Of a stretch of DNA of 64,000 nt, positions 1-12,850 are shown in pieces; position 1 is the first letter of the stretch, and each line of letters begins with the position of its first letter. A model generated the notes under the pieces. The model ran no database searches. It was not told the origin of the DNA and saw nothing but the letters and a program-made list of their open reading frames with translations. Source of the DNA: Eledone cirrhosa (lineage: Eukaryota). The translations under genes were made by a program, and so were the position numbers. The DNA lies in NCBI GenBank assembly GCA_964016885.1, contig OZ024740.1, forward strand, positions 388,120,001 through 388,184,000, given 5' to 3'.

Positions 1-72
<72 letters not shown>

Positions 73-128
73 TATACATATATATATATATATATTTATA
101 TACATATATATTTATTAAAATAACAGAT

Positions 129-298
129 TAAAGTTAATGCAAAGAATCGCTGCTTTCACCCTTAACGGGATCTTCTGAAACTAACAAAGTCAATCTGTAA
201 ACGCAGACTTACGTCTCCGAATGCGTTTACAGATTGACTTTGTTAGTTTCAGAAGATCCCGTTAAGGGTGAAAGCAGCGATTCTTTGCTTTAACTTTA
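129..298. repeat. Near-perfect 77-bp-arm inverted repeat (fold-back) between (TA)n tracts, carrying a degenerate hammerhead-like motif
   Basis: 129-205 is the reverse complement of 222-298, with a 16-nt loop. The right arm reads CAGAAGA-TCCC-GTTAA-GGGT-GAAA-GCAGC. Confidence 0.9.
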
Positions 299-302
299 TA
301 TG

Positions 303-351
<49 letters not shown>

Positions 352-352
352 G

Positions 353-387
<35 letters not shown>

Positions 388-391
388 GTAT

Positions 392-1160
392 ATAACTTTG
401 AATAACTTTGAAATGTTTTGGCCAGTATTGGCCCAGGCCATGTCTAACTTAATAGCACCACCTGGCGAAGTCTTTCAATTCAGGATTTGGGCACCATGGC
501 CCATTCGAGAAGAGAATTACTGTTTGCGGAGACATATCCGGGTGTGGGTGGTTTGTCCGGGATTACTTGGAGGAATTTGTCCAAAGACTTCTTGAATTTT
601 GTGTGGTCAGTTTCTGTTTTGACGTGTCCTGGTGTGATGTTGAAGAGAGCAGGGCCGATTGAGGTGAAATAATTGTGCCGTATTGTTGTTATGAGTTGCG
701 ATTTAGATTTTTGTATGGGACGGATAGCACGGGGCCCAAGCCTTGGGTGTATCTTGAAGGCGATGCCAACATCATTTGGGCAGTGATGATGGAACATTTT
801 CCACATCATGCAGATAATATAACGCTCACGGCGACGTTGGAGTGAGTAAAGTTTCAGGTTTTCTAGTCGACCCCAGTAGTCAAGGTCTGACATGCCATCT
901 ATCTTTTTCGTGATTGCCCTTTGAGGAGCTTCAAGTTTCATGATACTTTGTTTCGTGTGGGGAGACCACAGTGGACAACAGTATTCAAGGTGTGGTCGGG
1001 CAAAAGTATAGAAGAGAAGGATAATGGTGTGGGAATCTCTCGACTGGAAGGTTCTGAGGATCCAGGAACACATTCTGCGGGCCATGTCAACTTTGCTGCT
1101 TATATGCGTGGCCCAGCTTATGTTGCTGTCCACGGTTACTCCCAAGTCTCTGATGTTGTT
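392..1160 (-). mobile_element. 5'-truncated CR1-clade LINE (RT thumb/C-terminus and 3'UTR)
   Basis: Minus frame reads [24 protein letters not shown] and [17 protein letters not shown], typical of CR1-group ORF2 C-termini. It ends in a (TTCAAAGTTA)2 tail and is flanked by TA tracts. Confidence 0.85.
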
Positions 1161-1175
1161 ATATGTATATATATG

Positions 1176-1208
<33 letters not shown>

Positions 1209-1356
1209 GTATATGAGAGAGAGATGTAAGTGGGAGTACGTTGAGATGCGTGGTGTGTATAAGATGTGTGAGATGTGTAGAATGAAGGGAAGAGTATAAA
1301 GGATAAAATATGTATATATATATGTATATATGTATATATATATATGTATATATATG

Positions 1357-1520
<164 letters not shown>

Positions 1521-1536
1521 TATATATATATATAAA

Positions 1537-1592
<56 letters not shown>

Positions 1593-1650
1593 GTATATAT
1601 GTATATATGTATATATATATGTATATATATATATGTATATATATATATGT

Positions 1651-1699
<49 letters not shown>

Positions 1700-1706
1700 G
1701 TATATA

Positions 1707-1737
<31 letters not shown>

Positions 1738-2131
1738 TGATATATATGTATATATGTATATATATATGTATGTATATATATATATATGTATATATATATG
1801 TATGATGTTAAAACAGGAATGCCGTTATATATATGAATATATATATGTATATATATATATATATGTATATTTATATATATATATATATGTATATGTATAT
1901 ATATATATGTACATATATATATATATATATATATGTAGATAAATCTACCAAGAGTTAACGGTAGTGTCCAATCCGTATGAAGAACTCAATGTATTCCGGA
2001 TATCATGGAAAGAAGAGATGTAATGAAAAATCACTTCCGGTGAAAGATAAACGGTATACAGAGTCAAGATAAAATATTAACCAAATAATGAATAAAACAA
2101 TGAAACAGTTCCTTATATTAAACAAAAAAAG

Positions 2132-2285
2132 TTCATTATTTAACGATCGTTTCTAGGATATATATGTGTTAGAATTGGCATGCATATTCAACAGATCTAT
2201 GTACAAAATTATACAAAATTATACAAACTATCAAGATTAAATATACATACCAACACATATATACGCCGTCTTCAGAAATAATGAA
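2132..2285 (-). ncRNA. Type I hammerhead motif with very long helix II (family H1)
   Basis: Reverse complement of 6361-6516. Confidence 0.7.
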
Positions 2286-3185
2286 ATATATTTATTGATA
2301 ATAACAACAATTCAATATTTCAGGTCCGTTTGGGAACAAAATTGACCAATGAAAATACAAAAGGTTTTATGCAGTTCGGTGTGTGTATATACATGTAACT
2401 ACCCTTACACATATTTTACAAAAATGTATGCTCAACATGTATACGCATACCAAAAGGATGGATGCAAATACAAAATTTCAAGGTTAATGTCTCTGTAAGT
2501 TTATAATGCACAGATAAGATGCGTATAGACACATAAATATGAAATAAGTGTATACACATATTCTCATACTCACACATATCCGTACAATCACACACACGCG
2601 CGCGTATATGTATAAACATACACATAATTACGAACATACAAACACACACACACCCCCACTCACATATATATATGTGGATATAATATCATAAACCTAATTA
2701 ATAACATTATTTTAGAAATTAATTTAATTTAAATGTTAGTTAACCTATAAATTTAATTTAATTAAAATTCTATTACAGATGAGAATATAAAATATTGTGT
2801 AATCATAAATTGTGAAAAACCTTTAAATATTACTAATATATACTTAGTAATTTAATTTATAGATTAATTTTAATTTATTTAAACCTTTTATTAAAATTCC
2901 TTTACAGATAAAATATAACAAAATATCGTGTATCCAATGACAGAGAAATAATTTTTAGTATTATAGACCTAATTAATATACATTTTAGAAATATATTTAT
3001 AATTTGGTTTTAAATTTAGTCAACCTGAAAATTTAATTTAATTGGCTTAAAATTAGTATCCTTATACAGACGGATTGCAGAATGTCATGTAATCATAGAA
3101 TGGGATATGTTTTGGATATATACCTAGTTAATATATTCTTTGCAATTTTTGAAAAAATATGTATATGTATGTATGTATATGTATG

Positions 3186-3240
<55 letters not shown>

Positions 3241-4063
3241 GTATGTGTATATGTGTATGTATATGTATATGTATATGTATTAATTTTGATTTCTATTTGC
3301 ATATAATTATATTCTGCTATTGATAAAATACAATATCTGTTTTATTTATTATATACCTAATTAACATATACTATAGAAATTAATATATAATTTTTAATTT
3401 AGTTAACCTATAATTTATATTCTACTACCGATGTAATACTTTATTTGTTTTTTCCCTATTACTAAATTCATTTCCTAATATTGATACCATAACGTTATTA
3501 ACTTTAATTTAGTTATACTATAATTAATACTCTACTACTATTTAACTTCAAAATTCTGCTTCAAATATTATAAACCTAACTAATTTACACCTTAGAAATC
3601 AATATGTTAACTATCTTTAGTTTAGTTAACATATAATTAATGGTATACTTATTTATTTTGAGATGCATAAATTTTGCCTTATTTCTTGTATTTCCTAACA
3701 CTGAAACTATGTAAAAACATACATTGGATCCAGATACAGATAATATTCTATGTTTCTTGAAACATATATTTACTATAATCCCCTTCTCCAACCCCCCCCT
3801 TTCCCCCATACTATTATCATCTGTGTTTGTAAGCGTGTATGTATGAATATATATGTAGGTAGGTGTATATATGTTTGGGTATTTATATCTGAATATAAAA
3901 ATACATATATGCGCATGCAAATAAGAATGTAAGATTGTGTGTATATATATGTTTGTATGTATATATATATGTGTATATATGCATGTGTATATATATGTGT
4001 ATGTGTATGTGTGTATGTATATATATGTGTATATGTGTATATGTGTGTGGGCGTGTATGTGTG

Positions 4064-4104
<41 letters not shown>

Positions 4105-4343
4105 ATGTATGTATGTATATATGTGTGTGTATATATATGTATGTCTCTCTATTTATATGTCTATCTTCGTATCTATGTGGGTATATGTGTGTGTGTGCAT
4201 GTATGCACATGTATGTGTTTACGTGTATATGTGTGTATGTGTATATATGTACGTGTGCGCACATATATATGTGAGTGTGTGTGTGTGTGTGTGTATATGT
4301 ATATATATATATATATCTATGTGTGTATATGTGTCTATATTCG

Positions 4344-4386
<43 letters not shown>

Positions 4387-4603
4387 TATTATTATAATAT
4401 AACTTATGTGTATGTGTGTATATGTGAGGGTGTGTATATGTATATATATGTGTATATATATGTGTAAAAAAATATATATGTGTATGTCTGTTTTTTGTGT
4501 GTGTGTATATATATGTATGTGTATATATATGTGTATGTGTGTGTTTGTATGTGTGTTTATGGTTGTATGTGTGTGTGGGTGTGTATATATATAAGTGTAT
4601 GTG

Positions 4604-4640
<37 letters not shown>

Positions 4641-4952
4641 CTCTATTAATGCGTGTATATATGTATATGCCTTTTTCTTTGTATGTCTGAGTTGTGTGAG
4701 GGTGTAGTGGTGTTTGTATGTATATACGCATATATGGATGCGTATGTATTTGTATATATGAGTATATGTAAGTGCGTATGTATGTATGAATATATATCTA
4801 ATTCTATGTATGAGTATATATGTGTATGTATGTATGTTGTGTGTGTATGTATGTATGTGTCTATGTGTGTATATATATGTATATATGTGTGTTATGTATG
4901 TATGTATGTGTATGTATGTACATATATGTCTATGTATGTGTGTATGTATATG

Positions 4953-4983
<31 letters not shown>

Positions 4984-5196
4984 CTTTATTTTTTATATAT
5001 ATGTGTGTGTGTGTATGTGTGTGTGTGTATATATATCTTTATATATGTGTATGTGTATGTTCGTGTAGGTGTATGTGTGTGTTTGACTATATATGTATGT
5101 GTGTATGTGTGTATGTATGTATATGTATGTGTCTGTACATGTATGTATGTGTATGTACGTATGTGTGTGTATATGTGTATGTATATATATATATAA

Positions 5197-5244
<48 letters not shown>

Positions 5245-5519
5245 GTATCTCTATTTGTATATGTATATGTGTATAGGTATATACCTTTTTCTTTGTATGT
5301 CTGAGTTGTGTGAGAGTGTAGTGGTGTTTGTATGTATATACCGATATATGGATGCGTAAGTATTTGTGTGTATGTATGTATGTCTGTATGTATTTGTGTG
5401 TATATATAGGTATGTATGTGTATATCTGTATGTATATAAGTATGTATGTGTATGTATATGTGCGTGTATGTGCGTGTATATATATGTGTGTCTATATAGT
5501 ATGTGTGATTATATGTGTA

Positions 5520-5567
<48 letters not shown>

Positions 5568-5671
5568 TATATGTATGTGTGTATATGACGTGTATGTGTG
5601 TATATGTATATGTTTATATATGTGTGTGTATGTATGTTCTAAGTGTGGATGTGTGTATATGTATGTGTGTG

Positions 5672-5744
<73 letters not shown>

Positions 5745-6360
5745 TTTCTTGATATATTTCTTTTTTCTTTTTTCTTTTTCTTTTCTTTCCTTTTTAATTT
5801 TTATTTTTTATTTTCTTAGTTTATAGATACATCTATAATAAGCAGTCTGCCCAAACCGTTGAATACTGACCTCTCCCCCCCTCCCACCTAATTTCTGTAT
5901 CTTGATCTAAATGTGTGTGGCAGTGTTTATGTGAGTGAATTAATATCCATGTGCCTATGATATTATATCCACATATATATATGTGAGTGGGGGGGTGTGT
6001 GTGTTTGTATGTTCGTAATTATGTGTATGTTTATACATATACGCGCGCGTGTGTGTGATTGTACGGATATGTGTGAGTATGAGAATATGTGTATACACTT
6101 ATTTCATATTTATGTGTCTATACGCATCTTATCTGTGCATTATAAACTTACAGAGACATTAACCTTGAAATTTTGTATTTGCATCCATCCTTTTGGTATG
6201 CGTATACATGTTGAGCATACATTTTTGTAAAATATGTGTAAGGGTAGTTACATGTATATACACACACCGAACTGCATAAAACCTTTTGTATTTTCATTGG
6301 TCAATTTTGTTCCCAAACGGACCTGAAATTTTGAATTGTTGTTATTATCAATAAATATAT

Positions 6361-6516
6361 TTCATTATTTCTGAAGACGGCGTATATATGTGTTGGTATG
6401 TATATTTAATCTTGATAGTTTGTATAATTTTGTATAATTTTGTACATAGATCTGTTGAATATGCATGCCAATTCTAACACACATATATATCCTAGAAACG
6501 ATCGTTAAATAATGAA
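6361..6516 (+). ncRNA. Type I hammerhead motif with very long helix II (family H1)
   Basis: TTCATTATTT-CTGAAGA-[117 nt closed by TATATATGTG/CACATATATA]-GAAA-CGATCG-TT-AAATAATGAA. Perfect 10-bp helix I and palindromic helix III. Confidence 0.72.
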
Positions 6517-6576
6517 CTTTTTTTGTTTAATATAAGGAACTGTTTCATTGTTTTATTCATTATTTGGTTAATATTT

Positions 6577-6643
<67 letters not shown>

Positions 6644-6665
6644 TGTACATATATATATATATAAA

Positions 6666-6700
<35 letters not shown>

Positions 6701-6727
6701 TATATTGTACATATATATATATATAAA

Positions 6728-6849
<122 letters not shown>

Positions 6850-6852
6850 ACA

Positions 6853-6912
<60 letters not shown>

Positions 6913-6944
6913 ATACACAAGAATCAAAGCTATGTTAGAACATT

Positions 6945-6998
6945 TAATTGCTGACAATTGTTTCTTCCAAGCCTAGGCTTGGATTCTTCGGAGTATTA
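6945..6998 (-). ncRNA. Hammerhead variant with CCGAAGA core (family H2)
   Basis: Minus strand: TAATACT-CCGAAGA-A-TCCAAGC-CTAG-GCTTGGA-A-GAAA-CAATTG-TC-AGCAATTA. Helix I is imperfect. Confidence 0.55.
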
Positions 6999-7280
6999 TT
7001 AATAATGTTTTTACATATACTCAGTCTCTTATTCTGCTGAAGAGTCATACAGATACATATTGTGGACAACAGTCTGTGATGGCTAAGATTTAAAATTACA
7101 ATTAAAAGCTTTTGGTGGAGCATGTGACAGATAGATAATACAAGAGCGTCTAGTACATAATTAAAATTAAAGAGACAGTATGTGCGTTAGTCATACATAA
7201 AGCAATTGAACAGGCAAACGTATGAAGCATATATGAATGCTGGGTGTTGCATAAAAAATACAAGCACATAAAGCAGGTGT

Positions 7281-7519
7281 GTTAATATATTATGGTGGTT
7301 GCAATGCTGAGATATTTTCAGTATAGATAGAATATGTCTGTCTGTAGAATAAGAAAGTTCCAGGTTTCACATCCATTACATACTATAACAAACACTCAAC
7401 ACAAATACATTGTGACATATGTAATGAATGTGAAACCTGGAACTCTCTTATTCTACACACACACATATTAGATATACACTGAAAATATCTCAGCGTTGCA
7501 ACCACCATAGTATATTAAC
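7281..7519. repeat. Imperfect ~100-bp-arm hairpin (fold-back or MITE-like)
   Basis: 7281-7383 is reverse-complementary to 7418-7519. Confidence 0.85.
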
Positions 7520-7577
7520 CTTACCTGTATATAGTTGTATATAGTATATACATAACTGTAAATAGTACCCTTAATAT

Positions 7578-7638
<61 letters not shown>

Positions 7639-7754
7639 ATATATGTATATATATATATGTATATATATATCTGTATATATGTATATATATATATTTATAT
7701 ATGTATATATATATATTTATATATGTATATATATATATATGTATATATGTATAT

Positions 7755-7788
<34 letters not shown>

Positions 7789-7799
7789 ATTTATATATG

Positions 7800-7842
<43 letters not shown>

Positions 7843-7845
7843 ATG

Positions 7846-7958
<113 letters not shown>

Positions 7959-8181
7959 GTATATATACATGTATATATATATATATGTATATATATATGT
8001 ATATATGTATATATATATGTATATATGTATATATATATATATATGTATATATATGTATATGTATATATATATGTATATATATATATATGTATATATATAT
8101 GTATATATATATGTATATATATATGTATATATATATATGTATATATATATGTATATATATATGTATATATATATGTATATA

Positions 8182-8286
<105 letters not shown>

Positions 8287-8574
8287 GTATATATATGTAT
8301 ATAAGTAAATATTAGCGAGAATCGAATTTCAGCTCAGGAATTAACGAGAATCACTTCCGAGTTTTGTGGCAAGCACTCGATAATTCATATGAATTAGAGC
8401 TTACAACTTACGTTAATGGCCAAACACACTGAGATGGTGGTTAAACTAATCATCCACACACCGAAAATTCGATAGCCTATTTCGGGTCAAACACATATAC
8501 AGATATAAACATATATAAAATATATATATATATATGTATATATATATGTATGTATATATATATACATATATATG

Positions 8575-8607
<33 letters not shown>

Positions 8608-8633
8608 GTATATATATGTATATATATATATAT

Positions 8634-8857
<224 letters not shown>

Positions 8858-8863
8858 TATTAT

Positions 8864-8893
<30 letters not shown>

Positions 8894-8901
<8 letters not shown>

Positions 8902-9214
8902 ATGCTTTGGGAGGGTCATGTTGCCAATAAGAAACAGACGCACCAATTGTTTTCAATCCAATTTATTATAAATTAAATTTGTAAACTTAAGAATTTATAA
9001 ATTTCCGGTTGGTTGGTTGTTTCCATAACCGGACGGTTGTTCATATATTGTCAAAGTTCTTTCGTCACACATTCTGTGACCTCTTCAGTGACTGGGGATT
9101 CTTTTCTTTGTTTTTTTTTTTATTTATAAATTTAATTCATAATAAATTGGAGTGAAAGCAACTGGTGCGTGTGTTTCTTATTGGCAACATGACCCTCCCA
9201 AAGCATAACAATAT
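8894..9214. repeat. Inverted repeat (~90-bp arms) with an HHR in the spacer
   Basis: ATTGTTATGCTTTGGGAGGGTCATGTTGCCAATAAGAAAC... is mirrored at 9123-9214. Confidence 0.88.
9050..9092 (-). ncRNA. Minimal type I hammerhead motif (family H3)
   Basis: Minus strand: GTCA-CTGAAGA-G-GTCACA-GAATG-TGTGAC-GAAA-GAAC-TT-TGAC. Confidence 0.65.
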
Positions 9215-9266
9215 CGGTTTCAACACACGTTTTCAGATAAAGTATCTTGCTAAACAAATTCAGAAA

Positions 9267-9333
<67 letters not shown>

Positions 9334-10574
9334 TTGTTCAATCTGCGGTAACTACAGTAAGGTATTCAATACAAATCAGAGTATACATTTTTAATATAGA
9401 AATGGCTTCTACAGGACTAGAACTGTTTCATTCGAAGGAAATCATCAGGAAAGAATGAATGAATGGAACATTTTTTATATAAAAAAACTATCAATAAGGT
9501 TGCATGACCCGGGTTGTTCAGTAGCTTACTTCTTAATATCAGGATTGTTGTTTCAACCTGAATGCTTGCCTCTTTAATGTGTGATATCATAACATCAATT
9601 TGACCAATTATGACTGGAATTGGAGAGGAAATCATATGCGAAACATCACCTTGTGCCACGAGAGCATACATATACATGCATATGTATAAAATATGTGTAT
9701 GCGTATATCTTTCTTTCGCAGTGTCCAGCATGTTCATTTTAAAATTATGTAGACATGAGTTCGACCCTTCTGCGGTGCATCTCTAGACTATTTAAAACTT
9801 GATAAACCCTATATTCGGCAGCAGCAATTCAAAATGTTATCATGTCACTAAATCACCCTGTCAGTTACGGTATGGCGTCTAACTCCAGGACACTTATATA
9901 TCAATTCGCTGTGTGGGTAACTTGGGTGGACGAAAAACTGAATGCTCTTCATGGAGACCATTGAGCCATCCATATATTTTAATCATGTATATAGACGAAA
10001 ACCGAGAAAAAAAATGAAAAACTGATTGTCAAGCAAGGTCGCTGGCGTTGTTACTGATCCTTACTTTTCATTCGTGCCTTTAAAAATGCAGTAAACCACT
10101 CATTAGTCGGTTGGGTGTCTGTAAATAATGATGCTATTGTTCATAATTTGACATATAAAGCAAAAAATAAGTTGCGAGGTTAAAGTCATTTTCAATAGCA
10201 TACTTAAATGGTGGAGAAGCCAACACAATAACGGGGTGTGATTAATTGGACAATTTAAAAAAAAGCTAATTACACATATAGAGTCAATTCATTGTTAGCC
10301 TATTATAGTTCCTGATATAGATTTAGTTATATATCTTTTCACGATCATCCAATTAACTATCATCTGATTTAACTAAAGACTCCGTTCTCTTCTCAAATTT
10401 CTACTGTTTTCTGCTTTTTGTCCCAAACGCTATCATTTTTGCCTTTACATACATACAGACGCTCAACCAGCCATATATGATTTAATAATCCTTTTGCAGT
10501 ATAATATATATATAAACGGAAAAAATGAAACGAAATTTTATTTTTCACTCTTAGTACGGCTGTTACTTAAATAT

Positions 10575-11110
10575 AAGTATGTATACATACATACATATAT
10601 GTATACAGACGTACAGTATGTATATATATATACATACATGCACACATATATATATGTACGTATGGATTCACCGAACATTTATTATAATGCTCGGTGTGTT
10701 TGTAAACAAACATCCCGAATTAAGCCGTACAGTGTCTAGCAACCATCGTTGCTCATTTGTTCAACACTGACAAAGGAACGCTGTACTAGTTTCAAGCCTG
10801 CCAGATGATTGAACGTGTGAAAGTATATACTTTCAGACGTTCAATCATCTGGCAGGAAGGTATACGTTGCTGACGATATCTAATAAGCTTGAAACTAGTA
10901 CAGCGTTCCTTTGTCAGTGTTGAACAAATGAGCAACGATGATTGCTAGACACTGTACGGCTTAATTCGGGATGTTTGTTTACAAACACACCGAGCATTAT
11001 AATAAATGTTCGGTGAATCCATACGTACATATATATATGTGTGCATGTATGTATATATATATACATAATACTGTACGTCTGAAATACATATATGTATGTA
11101 CGTATACATA

Positions 11111-11112
<2 letters not shown>
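10575..11112. repeat. Nested fold-back: ~220-bp outer arms plus a central ~60-bp palindrome
   Basis: 10575-10797 mirrors 10888-11112. The central CCTGCCAGATGATTGAACG..GAAAGTATATACTTTC..CGTTCAATCATCTGGCAGG spans 10797-10856. Confidence 0.9.
10864..10906 (+). ncRNA. Minimal type I hammerhead motif (family H4)
   Basis: ACGTTG-CTGACGA-TATCTAATAAGCTT-GAAA-CTAG-TA-CAGCGT. Confidence 0.7.
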
Positions 11113-11170
<58 letters not shown>

Positions 11171-11629
11171 ATGTGTATATATGTGTATGTATGTATAATT
11201 ATATATATGTATGTATACGTGTGTGTGTATGTATTTATTTATTTATTTATATGTATGTATGTGTATGCGTAAATATGTGTGTATTGCTTACCACGTGTGT
11301 TTGTTTATTTATTTGTGTCCGTTCCTGTATCGCTGTCAACGTTATAATAATGTTTATTATTTTTTATTTTCTTAAGTCGAATATTTTTTTATTTGGATGT
11401 GACGGCCTTTTGCATTATTATTTTTATTATTATTTTCTTATAATTAATTGTGTACGTGCGTATGTAGGTGCGTGTACATATATCTATATATATATGTGTG
11501 TGCGTATGTATACGTGTATATATGTGTGTATGTATGTGCGTGTATGTACTTGTGTGATTATATGTATGACTGTGTGTGTGTATATATGTATATATATATA
11601 TGCATGTGCGTGTGTATGTGTATGTATGG

Positions 11630-11691
<62 letters not shown>

Positions 11692-12017
11692 ATATGTATA
11701 TATGTGTCTATATGTATGTATGTGTGTATATGTATATATGTGTCTATATATATATATGTGTATGTGTATATATGTATATATGTATATATTTATGTATATA
11801 TATATATATATGTGTGTATGTATGTGTTTATATGTATGTATATGCGTGTGTGCGTGCGTGTGTGTGTGTGCATGTCTGTTTATCTACTTTTATATTTATT
11901 CTTTTTCCTCTCTTTTTTTTCTCTCTTCTTTTCCCCTCCTTCTTCCTTTTCCAGCCTCACTTTCATATAGATTATATTTTTGTTTTTAAAATCCGCTCAA
12001 TAAATACACCAGGATTT

Positions 12018-12078
12018 TTTCATTCTGATGAATGAAAGCAAATATCGTTTGCTTTCAAGAAACCACTGGTAAATGAAA
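12018..12078 (+). ncRNA. Type I hammerhead motif (family H5)
   Basis: TTTCATT-CTGATGA-A-TGAAAGCAAA-TATCG-TTTGCTTTCA-A-GAAA-CCACTGG-TA-AATGAAA. 7-bp helix I, 10-bp helix II, GUA cleavage triplet. Confidence 0.85.
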
Positions 12079-12357
12079 TAATTATCATATGTTGTTTATT
12101 ATCTTATGTTATTATCTTATGTTGCTTAACTATTAAACTCTGTAACCTACATAGAGCACTCTTTTTTCCTGGAAATTTCCGACGGAATTACTTCATTCAC
12201 ACATATATATATACAAATAAAGATTCAGCGAGAATCGCATTTTCGGCGGGCAGGAAAAGCGAAGCGAAACGCACAAATCATAATTGATACGGGCAAAGTG
12301 ATCAACAATGTATTAAGAAGCCATACAAAACTGAAAAGGTGGTCAAGAAAGCATTAA

Positions 12358-12425
<68 letters not shown>

Positions 12426-12426
12426 C

Positions 12427-12507
<81 letters not shown>

Positions 12508-12850
12508 GTATATGCAGACGCACACATACAGAGACCGAGACACACACATAAATACATACATACATATACATACATACATACATCTATCTATCTATCTATC
12601 TATCTATCTATATCAAATCTAGCTGCCGTCTGTTCTACAGTGTGGATGTCATTCACTTCGCACAGAAGTTTTGTTCAAATTTATTGAGGAAATTTTGTGA
12701 GTTCAAACTTAATTTTGATACAATTGTGTAGCTTGACCCTCCGTCTGAACTGTCAGGCGGTGGGTCAGCTCATCTTTACCCCTCCTAGAGGTGAAAAACC
12801 TGTTTTAAAAAAAAAAATTTTGTGTAAAAAATTTCAATCGTCTAACAGAA

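Larger units (their letters stand above)
2069..6579. repeat. ~620-bp inverted repeat (2069-2690 / 5956-6579) around a 3.3-kb low-complexity spacer; probable non-autonomous PLE terminal repeat pair
   Basis: Arms are near-identical reverse complements (identical translations 2416-2649 minus and 5997-6230 plus). Each arm contains an HHR motif. Confidence 0.9.

Noticed and set aside
2416-6230. Identical 77-aa ORFs on opposite strands
   Set aside because: A by-product of the inverted repeat, with low complexity and a non-ATG start.
7036-7080. CTGAAGA-GTC..GAC hammerhead-like start
   Set aside because: No GAAA follows, there is no helix I, and the motif is absent from the homologous region near 37040.
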